Shown one piece after another: positions 1 to 9,107 of a stretch of 64,000 bases of DNA. The position numbers were made by a program, and so were the translations under genes. Positions within the stretch are counted from its first letter, which is position 1, and the number at the start of each line of letters is the position of its first letter. Origin of the DNA: a virus; IMG/VR virus record IMGVR_UViG_3300010412_000003, positions 20,547-84,546 of that record. One strand, given 5' to 3'. The notes under the pieces were generated by a model. That model was given only the letters and a program-made list of their open reading frames with translations. It was not told where the DNA came from and searched no databases.

Positions 1-1581
1 GGAATTTCCACACTAACCCTGATTCAAGAGATAATTAATGATGCTGGAATAGACGAATGGGAAATCAATCCCAACAACTATGAATTTTTGTCAAACAAAA
101 AGATGTGGGGCATTCTGCAAAATGCTCAAACAAATGGTGTTTTTCAAGTTGAATCCCAAGGTATGAAAGAGCTTTTATTAAGACTCAAACCAGAAACCCT
201 TAATGATGTTAGTGCTGTTTTGGCGTTATATAGACCAGACTCAATTCAAATGCTTGAAGACTATATTAGGTTTAAACAAAATCCAAATGAAATTGAGTTG
301 TGGCATGAAGATATGTATGATATTGTAAAAGATACATATGGAACAATTATTTTTCAAGAACAACTAATGGAAATTGTTAGGCTTTTTGCTGGCAGAAGCA
401 TGGGTGGTGCTGATCTTTTTAGAAAGGCAATTGGAAAGAAAGATTTGGAATTGGTAAGAAGAGAAGCAAGAAAACTTTATCAAGAAATTATTGATAATGG
501 ATACAGTCATGATCTTGCAATCAAAATTAGTCAGTACATGGAAGATAAGGGTGGGTATATGTTCAATGCATCACACTCTGCTCTCTATGCAGTAATTACA
601 TTGCAAACAGCATTTTTAAAAGCCAACTATCCAGAATTATTTTTCAAGGCACTACTGAATCAAAACACTGGTGATTATGGCTCTATCAATAAGTATATTG
701 TTGATGCACAAGAATTTGGTGTTGAAGTTTTGCCACCACACATCAACAAGTCAGAAAGGGGTTTCTCTGTTGTTGAAAATAAAGTTCTGTTTGGTATTGA
801 GGCAATAAAAGGAATTGGTCAAACATTATCAGACAAAATTGTTGAAGAAAGAATTAAGGGTGGGAAGTATGAAAACCTTTTTGATTTTATAGAAAGAACT
901 TCTCCAAATGTCTCTCAGGTAGTTTCTTTAATAAAGTCTGGTGCAATTCCAACTAAAAATAAACGTCAATATCTTATTGATTATGCACAAAGTTTATATA
1001 ATGAAAGAGAATACAAACCAGTAAAAACATTACCATCAGAAAAAATATTATTGGAAAAATGGCATTTATCATTTCCAAAAGAAATGAACAAAGACGAAAA
1101 GCTAGAGAGGTATAATAGTGCCAGAAAACTATCATTTGAATCAGAGCAAATTCAAAGATTGAAAAAACACATTGATACTTTTGTTGAGAAGTATCTTTCA
1201 AGTGAAAAATTGTGGGAGTTTGAAACTCTTTCAATTTTTCTAACAGGAAACCCATTCAAGTTGGCAAACAATTTTATTACACATTATTCTAATAATCAAA
1301 TTGGTGAAAAATGTGTTTTAGTTGGTGTTGTTGCAGACATTACAAAAAAGAAAGACAGGAATGGAAAGGCTTATTGTTTCATTAGTTTATATACTTCTCA
1401 TTCGGAAATAATTGATGTTACTTTTTGGAGTGGCAAGTATAGCGAATACATTCAGCATCTTGTAAAGGGAAATGATATTGCAGTTTTGTGCAAAATAACT
1501 GATGATGGAAGATTCGTTGCTGAAAAATTAAAAGAATATAAAACATGGCTAGAAGGAAGATTGGAGATTGTCAATGCATAA
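1..1581 (+). CDS. dnaE: DNA polymerase III alpha subunit (5' end truncated by window)
   Basis: Motifs GVFQVES, LYRP, IIFQEQLM, GYMFNASHS, an HhH (IKGIG) and a C-terminal OB fold. Frame is open back to base 1. Confidence 0.95.
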   Translation, partial: GISTLTLIQEIINDAGIDEWEINPNNYEFLSNKKMWGILQNAQTNGVFQVESQGMKELLLRLKPETLNDVSAVLALYRPDSIQMLEDYIRFKQNPNEIELWHEDMYDIVKDTYGTIIFQEQLMEIVRLFAGRSMGGADLFRKAIGKKDLELVRREARKLYQEIIDNGYSHDLAIKISQYMEDKGGYMFNASHSALYAVITLQTAFLKANYPELFFKALLNQNTGDYGSINKYIVDAQEFGVEVLPPHINKSERGFSVVENKVLFGIEAIKGIGQTLSDKIVEERIKGGKYENLFDFIERTSPNVSQVVSLIKSGAIPTKNKRQYLIDYAQSLYNEREYKPVKTLPSEKILLEKWHLSFPKEMNKDEKLERYNSARKLSFESEQIQRLKKHIDTFVEKYLSSEKLWEFETLSIFLTGNPFKLANNFITHYSNNQIGEKCVLVGVVADITKKKDRNGKAYCFISLYTSHSEIIDVTFWSGKYSEYIQHLVKGNDIAVLCKITDDGRFVAEKLKEYKTWLEGRLEIVNA

Positions 1582-3796
1582 TAGAGATTTAGGAAAAGAA
1601 TTTGAATTTGATGCAACAATTACATATGAAATGTTTTTTGATGATAGCACTCTTTGGGGTGCTTACGCATTTGAAACAGATCAAGAATTGCCAGAAACAA
1701 AGGAAAGACCTGACCCATTTGGGTTAGAACCCTCTGTTTATACTTCTAATCTTGTTGGGAAAACACAAAGGCTTGACCCATCAATGAAATATCATGTGAA
1801 GGCAAAGCTTGCTTATTCTAAAAAATATAAGTCATACAATTATGAAATTGTTTCTGTACAACATGAAGCACCACAAAGCCTTGAAGATCAAAAGACGTTT
1901 CTTAAAACACTTGTAACTGAAAGACAAGCGGAGACACTTCTTAACGTATATCCAAATATTGTTGAAATGGTTCTAAGTGGAGAATATGAAGTTGATCTAA
2001 GTTTATTAGATGGCATTGGAAAATTTACAATGCAAAGAATTGAAGAAAAAATACTTGATAATTATTTAATGGCAGACTTGATGGTTTTATTAGCACCAAT
2101 TGGTGTTAGTCTTGCAAAGATCAAAAAGATTTTTTCAATGGAAACAAATCCTGCTGTTGCAAAGGATATGTTTTTACAAAATCCATATGTTATCACAAAG
2201 CTGGATAGAATTTCTTTTGCACAAGCAGATAAAATTGCTGTGAAAATTAATCCAGAGCTTGAAGTGTCAATGGAAAGGTTGATGGCATTTATTGAATACT
2301 TTCTTGTTCAATTAGGTGAAAATGAAGGTCATACATGGACAACAATTGATACAATACGATATGGTGTTTTAGACTTTATACCAGAATGTGAAAAGCTTTT
2401 AGATGAATTGATTAAATTTGAAAAAGAAAATCCAAGTTTTCTATATATAAATAATGATAAAATTGGGTTGAATTATTATTATAATTCAGAAAAAGAAATT
2501 CTTGAAGTTGTTGAAATGATTTCATGCTCTAGTCCATTGGAAATTTCTCAGGAAGAAATAAACAATGGGATAAAAATTGCAGAAGAACAGCAGGGATTTA
2601 AATTTACAGAAGAGCAGGTTGAATTTCTGATTCAAATGACGAAAAATAATTTTAACATCATTACAGGAAAAGCAGGTAGTGGTAAAAGCACATTGTTACG
2701 TGGAATTGTCAATATCTACGGAAACAAACAAATTGCTCTTTGTGCATTGTCTGCAAAGGCATCAAAAAGAATTGAAGAAACCACAGGAAGAACGGCATCC
2801 ACAATACATAGACTTTTGGGTGCAATGGGAGAGAATCAGTTTTATTATGGTAGCAAAACAAAATTACCATATGATGTTATTATTGTTGATGAATCAAGCA
2901 TGGTAAATGCATATATTTTTCATCGTTTGTTTTTGGCAGTAAGAAGTGGTAGTAAGGTTGTTTTGTGTGGAGATTCAAAACAGCTTCCACCAATTGGTTA
3001 TGGAAATGTATTTGGAGACTTACTTGAAAAAGGAAATATTAATGTAAATAGACTGACCAAAATCTTGCGTCAAGCAGAAAAATCTGGTATAATTACAGAT
3101 GCAAATAAAATAAGGGATGGTATATCACCAATTGAAAAGCCATTGCGAAGAATTGTACATGGTGAAAATAAAGATATGTATTATATGTTCAGGGATGATA
3201 AAGCTGAATTGAGAAGAATTGCAATTGAAAGATATTTAGATGCTGTAAAAGATGTTGGTCTCGATGATGTTTTTATTCTCACACCAAGAAAAAATACTGT
3301 AATAAATAGCTCACTAGAAATAAACAAGAAGATTCAAGATATTTTGATTAATGATGATGTTCCACAAGTTAAGTTGAAAGATGGTCGTATTTATAAACAG
3401 GGTTGTAAAGTTATACACAGGGTTAATGATTACGATAAACAAATTTTTAATGGTGAGTTGGGGTATATTGTGGAAATAAAAACTGACAGCATTGGTGAGC
3501 CAACAGAAATAATCGTTGGCTACGGAGAAAATAAAATATCATATGCAGTTCACGAATTGTATGATATTGATTATGCTTATGCCCTTACAACACACTTATA
3601 TCAAGGTTCTGAGGCAGATACGGTTATAGGTATTATTGATAAGTCACATTATACATTGTTGGATGCAACATTTTTATACACAATGATAACAAGGGCAAGG
3701 TCAAGGTGTTTATTGTTGGCAGAACCATATGCCTACAAAAGATGTTTGAAAGAAAATAAAAGTATTAATAGACAAACTTGGATAAAGGAGTTGTAA
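1568..3796 (+). CDS. recD2: RecD2/TraA-like SF1B helicase
   Basis: Walker A GKAGSGKST, VDESSM, GDSKQLPPIG, LRQA, YALT..QGSE, YTMITRA. Confidence 0.92.
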   Translation: MSMHNRDLGKEFEFDATITYEMFFDDSTLWGAYAFETDQELPETKERPDPFGLEPSVYTSNLVGKTQRLDPSMKYHVKAKLAYSKKYKSYNYEIVSVQHEAPQSLEDQKTFLKTLVTERQAETLLNVYPNIVEMVLSGEYEVDLSLLDGIGKFTMQRIEEKILDNYLMADLMVLLAPIGVSLAKIKKIFSMETNPAVAKDMFLQNPYVITKLDRISFAQADKIAVKINPELEVSMERLMAFIEYFLVQLGENEGHTWTTIDTIRYGVLDFIPECEKLLDELIKFEKENPSFLYINNDKIGLNYYYNSEKEILEVVEMISCSSPLEISQEEINNGIKIAEEQQGFKFTEEQVEFLIQMTKNNFNIITGKAGSGKSTLLRGIVNIYGNKQIALCALSAKASKRIEETTGRTASTIHRLLGAMGENQFYYGSKTKLPYDVIIVDESSMVNAYIFHRLFLAVRSGSKVVLCGDSKQLPPIGYGNVFGDLLEKGNINVNRLTKILRQAEKSGIITDANKIRDGISPIEKPLRRIVHGENKDMYYMFRDDKAELRRIAIERYLDAVKDVGLDDVFILTPRKNTVINSSLEINKKIQDILINDDVPQVKLKDGRIYKQGCKVIHRVNDYDKQIFNGELGYIVEIKTDSIGEPTEIIVGYGENKISYAVHELYDIDYAYALTTHLYQGSEADTVIGIIDKSHYTLLDATFLYTMITRARSRCLLLAEPYAYKRCLKENKSINRQTWIKEL

Positions 3797-4219
3797 ATGA
3801 ATTCTGCTATTAGAGAAAAATATTTTAGAGAACATGAAAGATTACAAGATGCAATCACAAAAGAGGCAATGAGAGTAATCAACATTGTTAAAAAATCTCT
3901 TGGGGAACAAAGTATGGATAAAATGCTCAACAATGGTTTTACTCTTGATGAAACTTATATTGAACATGATGATGAACAAGTTGTTTTCAAACTAGAGGAA
4001 GATGGTTGCAGTTGTTGTCCAAGTGAATATCAATATCTTGCTGTGCCATTTTCAATTATGTTTGATGAATATGAGCTTAATGAACATATTGAAAAATTGA
4101 AGCAAAGAAAAATTGAATTAGAAGCCAAGAAGGAAGAGGAAAATCGTATAGCTCAACAAAAATCCTTAGATTATAAAAGGGAACTTTATGAAAGATTAAA
4201 AAGGGAACTTGGAGAATAG
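3797..4219 (+). CDS. hypothetical protein
   Basis: ORF abuts recD2, preceded by AGGAG RBS. Confidence 0.7.
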   Translation: MNSAIREKYFREHERLQDAITKEAMRVINIVKKSLGEQSMDKMLNNGFTLDETYIEHDDEQVVFKLEEDGCSCCPSEYQYLAVPFSIMFDEYELNEHIEKLKQRKIELEAKKEEENRIAQQKSLDYKRELYERLKRELGE

Positions 4220-4224
4220 CAACC

Positions 4225-4755
4225 ATGCAACCGCCACTTTCATTTTATAGCATTCGGGATAATAGTATTTCATATGGTGAAAATGGAAATTTTACTCTTA
4301 GAAAGAATGGAAGATTTCTTTATGTAAATGGGAAACGTGCAAGAAAATTTAAAGACCCTTATGAATGGGCAAATCCAAGCAGGTCTGTTTACACAATTGG
4401 AAATTTTATGATCAAAATTGATACAAGCAGATATGGGCAAATGAATCCACAGTGTAAAAGGGAAGTTGAAAAGTGGCTTGCAATGGATGAAAATGATAGG
4501 AAATACTTCCCATATGTTTTTGATTGGGGAGTTCTTGATGGAAGACATTGGATTGTTGTTGAGTTTGTTGAAATGAAAGAACCAAGTGACTACTCGGAAA
4601 TTATTGAATACCTTTGTGAAAAATATAAACTTAACGATTTGATTAATGATAAAAGAGAAAAAATAATGTATGGTCTTATGGATTTAGATTGTGCTGTCAA
4701 TTGGGCTATTAGGGAAGACACACAAGAACCAATTATTTATGATTTTGCATATTAG
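4225..4755 (+). CDS. small protein-kinase-like (PKL fold) protein
   Basis: Spacing of IKID, REV, FPYVFD, WIVVEFVE, D....NW and IIYDFA resembles a minimal kinase core. Confidence 0.5.
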   Translation: MQPPLSFYSIRDNSISYGENGNFTLRKNGRFLYVNGKRARKFKDPYEWANPSRSVYTIGNFMIKIDTSRYGQMNPQCKREVEKWLAMDENDRKYFPYVFDWGVLDGRHWIVVEFVEMKEPSDYSEIIEYLCEKYKLNDLINDKREKIMYGLMDLDCAVNWAIREDTQEPIIYDFAY

Positions 4756-4764
4756 GAGATTAAT

Positions 4765-5193
4765 GTGAATAACTTAAAAAAAGATGTTGCTGAATTGAGA
4801 AGAGAATGGATTGAAAAAGGAAGATTAATTCAAGAGTTGGAAGACCAAGTTAGAGTTGAAGAAAATTCAAAACTTATTGGCAAAAATTTTTGGTCAGCAA
4901 GTGATGGTGTTTTTCCATCAAATGTACCAAATGTGAGTAATATGCATGGCATTCCAGATCAATATTCATTTGCATATCGTGTTACAGGGGTTGATAAAAG
5001 GGGATTTTTACAAGGTATTGTTGTTGGTAGATTTTTTAATACATTCGGATTCTTTTCAAAATCACAGGTGAATGTTGATGTTTCTAATGGATTCAATGAA
5101 ATTTCAGATGATGAATGGAATGAATGGGTTGATATGTGTATTGAAGGTTTTGAAAAATTTATAGTAAAGGTAGAAAAAAATGAAACAGATTAA
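4765..5193 (+). CDS. hypothetical protein
   Basis: AGGAG RBS, operonic. Confidence 0.65.
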   Translation: MNNLKKDVAELRREWIEKGRLIQELEDQVRVEENSKLIGKNFWSASDGVFPSNVPNVSNMHGIPDQYSFAYRVTGVDKRGFLQGIVVGRFFNTFGFFSKSQVNVDVSNGFNEISDDEWNEWVDMCIEGFEKFIVKVEKNETD

Positions 5194-5506
5194 TTTGCCA
5201 ACAATGTCTATTACTAAAACAGAACCAGATATTGGGGTTGCTATTTGTTATAAAGAAGAATATTATGATGGAGATAAAATTCTTGTTGCAGAAACATATG
5301 TTGAAGTTTTAGGTCAAGATGGTTACAAAAGTAAGCAGGTTGTTTTTGAAATGGATTCTCATGATATGTTGATGATAGCTGATGTTTCAGCAGACGAAAT
5401 TATATATTTGATGGAAGATCAAGTTGAACACTTGGAAAAATTTTTAGAAACATATCGTATAAGAAAGGCTTTGCTAAAAGAAAATAAAAAACAAAATGAA
5501 AGATGA
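5180..5506 (+). CDS. hypothetical protein
   Basis: overlapping operonic ORF. Confidence 0.6.
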   Translation: MKQINLPTMSITKTEPDIGVAICYKEEYYDGDKILVAETYVEVLGQDGYKSKQVVFEMDSHDMLMIADVSADEIIYLMEDQVEHLEKFLETYRIRKALLKENKKQNER

Positions 5507-5765
5507 ATTTGAAATACTTCTCAAAAGAATGAAAATTCTTGTAGACAGGATTGAGGCAGTTCAAACATCAAACTCACACATGAAAAATGGAAGTTTATAT
5601 AATTTAAATTATTATATTGAAAAAATAGAAAACAAATCTTTTTTCAATTTTGATAATCCAGAGCAAAAGGAATATGTATATAGAGAATATATGTATAGAG
5701 AATGTGATCGAGTAGATAAATTTTTAGAAAAAGAAGCAGTGAAGACAGGAGAAAAAAATGCTTAA
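5496..5765 (+). CDS. hypothetical protein
   Basis: overlapping operonic ORF. Confidence 0.55.
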   Translation: MKDEFEILLKRMKILVDRIEAVQTSNSHMKNGSLYNLNYYIEKIENKSFFNFDNPEQKEYVYREYMYRECDRVDKFLEKEAVKTGEKNA

Positions 5766-6147
5766 TGTTTATTTAGCAGGTGGAATGAGAACTGGTTGGC
5801 AAAAAAGTTTTACAGATTTAGAGGAAGATGAAATCTATGCCAATTTTGTTCACTTTATTGACCCTAGAAATAATGGAACAAAGGTTTTTGAAGAATTTAC
5901 TTTTTGGGATATGTTTGGTGTAGAGAAATGTGATTTAGTTTTTGCATATCTTGAGAAGTCTAATCCTGCTGGACATGCCATGATGGTAGAAGCTGGCTAT
6001 GCATTAGGACTTGGGAAAAGAGTTATCTTTGTAAATGAACAAAGTGATAATAAATACACTATGTTTTTAGCAAAATGTCCAAGGGTAATTTATTTTGATA
6101 ATTTTGATCAAGGATTTAATTACTTTTTAACCTTGACAAATATATAA
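5758..6147 (+). CDS. nucleoside 2-deoxyribosyltransferase family protein
   Basis: VYLAGG, DP, D..V..CD, EAGYA..LGK motifs. Confidence 0.8.
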   Translation: MLNVYLAGGMRTGWQKSFTDLEEDEIYANFVHFIDPRNNGTKVFEEFTFWDMFGVEKCDLVFAYLEKSNPAGHAMMVEAGYALGLGKRVIFVNEQSDNKYTMFLAKCPRVIYFDNFDQGFNYFLTLTNI

Positions 6148-6161
6148 AATTAAGATATACT
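6133..6161 (+). promoter_or_regulatory. sigma70/sigmaA-type promoter
   Basis: TTGACA-17bp-TATACT. Confidence 0.75.
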
Positions 6162-6197
6162 TAATCTCAATACAAGTTTAAATAAAAGGATAATTTT

Positions 6198-6476
6198 ATG
6201 GATGATGTGAAGCATGTTTTATTTGAAAGATTAACTAAGGGAAAAAATTCATTAAAGTTTGCTTTTGAAAGTGCTGTTAGAATGGTCAATATAAAAAGCA
6301 AAACTATTTGGGATGAATCTTATTTCCTTGCAACTGTTTCAAAAGATGGAATTTTGTTTGAAGACAGTAGTGGAGATACTTGTTTTTGGATTACCAAAGA
6401 TCAGGTTGATCATATGAAAACAATTCTATCATTCTTTGAAAAAAGATTTGTAGAAGGAGTTGAAAATGAAGAATAA
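6198..6476 (+). CDS. hypothetical protein
   Basis: downstream of promoter, AAGGA RBS. Confidence 0.6.
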   Translation: MDDVKHVLFERLTKGKNSLKFAFESAVRMVNIKSKTIWDESYFLATVSKDGILFEDSSGDTCFWITKDQVDHMKTILSFFEKRFVEGVENEE

Positions 6477-6978
6477 CAGAAAAGAACCACCTGTAGAACT
6501 TATAATGACTGAGAAAATTGCTTCTGCAATGATGTTTGCAATCAAGAAACACAAAGGTCAATTGTATAATGGTAAGGATTATTTTAAGGAGCATGTTTTA
6601 GATGTTTTGAAACTTGTTTGCCAAACACAATTTAGGCGCAATGAGGATGTTTTGGTTGCTACAATCTTACATGATATTGTTGAAGATACAGAGGTCACTC
6701 TGGAAGAGATCAAAAAAGAATTTGGTAGGAATGTGGCAAATCTTGTAGACCTTGTTACTCACAACAAAGTAGATGATCATTACAGTGCTTACACAGTTCG
6801 ATTGAAAAATAGTGGAAACAAAGGTGCTATAACCATAAAATTATGTGATCTTACTTCTAATTTGAGCAAATTAGAATGTGTTGATGATGAATTAAGAAAA
6901 TATCTTTTGAGAAAGAAGTACCTAAATGCTCTTACGTATTTGACGTTAGGATATTTTGAAGAAAAAACAAACTACTAG
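6460..6978 (+). CDS. HD-domain RelA/SpoT-type hydrolase (small alarmone hydrolase/Mesh1-like)
   Basis: FA..KH.GQ, Y..H, LHDIVEDT, LVT, IKLCD..SNL. Confidence 0.85.
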   Translation: MKMKNNRKEPPVELIMTEKIASAMMFAIKKHKGQLYNGKDYFKEHVLDVLKLVCQTQFRRNEDVLVATILHDIVEDTEVTLEEIKKEFGRNVANLVDLVTHNKVDDHYSAYTVRLKNSGNKGAITIKLCDLTSNLSKLECVDDELRKYLLRKKYLNALTYLTLGYFEEKTNY

Positions 6979-6987
6979 GAAAATATA

Positions 6988-7359
6988 ATGACTAGAATAA
7001 ATTGCTTGCCAGTTGAAGAGTTGTCAGACCAACATCTGTTTGCTGAATATAGAGAGCTTCCAAGAGTGAGACATTTAGAACCTAGGCATAGTGATATTAA
7101 AGAATATAAATTGGGTGATGGTCATGTAAAATTCTTTTTGGATAAAGGTCTTTGGTTGCAACATCGTCATGAAGAATTAAAAAATGAATTAGATGCAAGG
7201 GGAATTCAAACAAGCATACCTGTATTATCACTTAGTTGGGATAGTGAATTTATGCTTGATTGGATTCCAACAGAAAAAGACATTGAAATTAATATTGAAA
7301 GAATTCTTGAAAGAATATATAATGGAAAAATAAAACATACATGGAGTAATAAAAAATGA
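6988..7359 (+). CDS. denV: pyrimidine dimer DNA glycosylase / T4 endonuclease V-like
   Basis: MTRIN...L.DQHL.AEYRELPR and LG.GHVKFF.DK. Confidence 0.92.
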   Translation: MTRINCLPVEELSDQHLFAEYRELPRVRHLEPRHSDIKEYKLGDGHVKFFLDKGLWLQHRHEELKNELDARGIQTSIPVLSLSWDSEFMLDWIPTEKDIEINIERILERIYNGKIKHTWSNKK

Positions 7360-8462
7360 GTGAAAGAACATTGGCAAGCATTCAGGTAATTGAAGACATT
7401 CAGCCAATCCCAAAATATGACAATATTGAATACGCACAAGTTTTGGGATGGTGGGTAATTGTTCGAAAAGGGGAATATGTTATTGGTGATAAAACAATTT
7501 ACATTGAAATTGATTCTGTTTTACCACCTAGAGAAGAATATGAATTCTTGAGAAAACGCAATTTCAGGATTAAGACAATGAGAATGGCAGGGGTTGTTTC
7601 TCAGGGAATTTGTTTCAAGCCAGAATTACTTTTACCAAATACAAGCAGGTATAAAGTTGGTGATGATGTAACTGAAATTCTTGGAGTTGAAAAATACGAA
7701 CCAGATCAATACAACAGAAAGCTACCCACAGGAAAAAAGGGTTCTCCAAAATATCCAAAATTTTTGCTTAGATTTAAATGGTTTAGAAATCTTGTTTTGA
7801 ATAGAAAAGACAATCGTGGATTTCCTAGATTTATTTCAAAGACTGATGAAACAAGAATTCAAAATATGCCATTTGTTTTTAAAGACAAAGAGACACAATA
7901 TATTGTAAGAGAAAAAATTGATGGACAAAGCACAACATTTTTTCTCGAAAAGAAAAAGCTTGGATGGTTGAGGAAAACAGAATTTGATTTTGGAGTATGC
8001 TCAAGAAATTTAAGATTGTGGAAAAAAGATGATAGTCCATTTTGGTTTATTGCAAATTATCATAAAATAGAAGATGTTTTAAAATCAATTTTTGTTATCA
8101 CTGATGCAAAACACTTTGTTGCAATTCAGGGAGAGACAATTTCTCCAAGCGCACAAGGGAATAAATACTTGGTCAGTGAGCCAGAATTTTATGCTTTCAA
8201 TTTTATTGTTGATGGTGTAAAAATAAATTCAATTACATCTAGTGAAATATTAATGGATTATGGAATATCTTGGTGTCCACTTGTTGCTACGAAATTTACA
8301 TTTGATGGAATTGATGATGTTGAAATGTTGATGCACTATGTTGATGGAAGATCGCATATAAATCCAAATGTTTTACGTGAGGGATTTGTTTTCAGAAATG
8401 AAAAGAAAGATGTTTCTTTCAAATGTGTGTCAAATAAATTTTTGTTAAAGTATAATGAATGA
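7356..8462 (+). CDS. ATP-dependent RNA ligase, DRB0094/Rnl5-like
   Basis: N-terminal OB-type module (R.LASIQ, Y.EIDS.LP, SQG), KTDETRIQN, motif I EKIDG, QGE, REG.V, SFK..SN.FLLK. Confidence 0.9.
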   Translation: MSERTLASIQVIEDIQPIPKYDNIEYAQVLGWWVIVRKGEYVIGDKTIYIEIDSVLPPREEYEFLRKRNFRIKTMRMAGVVSQGICFKPELLLPNTSRYKVGDDVTEILGVEKYEPDQYNRKLPTGKKGSPKYPKFLLRFKWFRNLVLNRKDNRGFPRFISKTDETRIQNMPFVFKDKETQYIVREKIDGQSTTFFLEKKKLGWLRKTEFDFGVCSRNLRLWKKDDSPFWFIANYHKIEDVLKSIFVITDAKHFVAIQGETISPSAQGNKYLVSEPEFYAFNFIVDGVKINSITSSEILMDYGISWCPLVATKFTFDGIDDVEMLMHYVDGRSHINPNVLREGFVFRNEKKDVSFKCVSNKFLLKYNE

Positions 8463-8897
8463 TTGGAGATTAATATGAGTAGATCAATTGAGGATATTCA
8501 CAAGGAAGCTAGAAGTGGTACTGGCTCACATATGTATCGTTGTTATAATTATCATGCTCTTCGGGTTGAATTTTATTGTGAAAACTGCATTGATGATTTG
8601 CCATCATACATAGATGTTGAGGGAAACCCAAAGGCAAATTTGTTTACAAAATGTGAATCTTGTGGGTTTCAGCACAAAGATCACTTGATGAATTTCTTTT
8701 TGTTTTGGATGTTTATTTATCCACTAATTACGCTAACTACTATATCAACAATGCATCACAACATGGAAATGGAATTTTTTATGGGCAAGAGTGTACTTGG
8801 TTATTGGATGTGGGTAGCAATGTTGTCTTGGTTGGGTGGTGGTTTTTTAATGTTTTGCATCAGAGCAATTCAGAAAAAAATAGCAAGAGAATGGTAA
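8463..8897 (+). CDS. Zn-ribbon membrane protein
   Basis: two CxxC pairs followed by two hydrophobic segments. Confidence 0.55.
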   Translation: MEINMSRSIEDIHKEARSGTGSHMYRCYNYHALRVEFYCENCIDDLPSYIDVEGNPKANLFTKCESCGFQHKDHLMNFFLFWMFIYPLITLTTISTMHHNMEMEFFMGKSVLGYWMWVAMLSWLGGGFLMFCIRAIQKKIAREW

Positions 8898-8906
8898 GCG
8901 AGTTTC

Positions 8907-8935
8907 TTGACAAAAATAAAGTTTAATGGTAGAAT
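8907..8935 (+). promoter_or_regulatory. strong sigma70/sigmaA promoter with extended -10
   Basis: TTGACA-17bp-TAGAAT with TGn; predicted +1 about 8941-8942. Confidence 0.85.
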
Positions 8936-8944
8936 GATATTATA

Positions 8945-9013
8945 TTGGGCTATGGAGTGTCTTCCTTCTAAATTGAAATAGACTTTCACCGTTTAGATAT
9001 TCCAGTTTCCCAA
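8945..9013 (+). ncRNA. structured RNA motif copy 1 (Y-RNA-like architecture)
   Basis: TTGGG-CTA-TGGAGTGTCT-TCCTTC..loop..AGATATTCCA-GTTT-CCCAA; the 5' and 3' ends pair. Confidence 0.7.
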
Positions 9014-9025
9014 AAACTTTTAAAA

Positions 9026-9087
9026 TGGGCTATGGCATTCCTTCCTTCCAAAAAACCGCACACTTTTATAGGAATGCCAATTTCCCA
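9026..9087 (+). ncRNA. structured RNA motif copy 2 (Y-RNA-like architecture)
   Basis: TGGG-CTA-TGGCATTCCT-TCCTTC..loop..AGGAATGCCA-ATTT-CCCA; stem substitutions versus copy 1 are compensatory. Confidence 0.7.
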
Positions 9088-9107
9088 ATTTCACAAAAAG
9101 GAAAAAA

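Noticed and set aside
8945-9087. Tandem repeat as a mini-CRISPR array or intrinsic terminators
   Set aside because: Only two units, with internally covarying stems rather than identical repeats. There are no cas genes, no U-tails on the + strand, and the loops are long.
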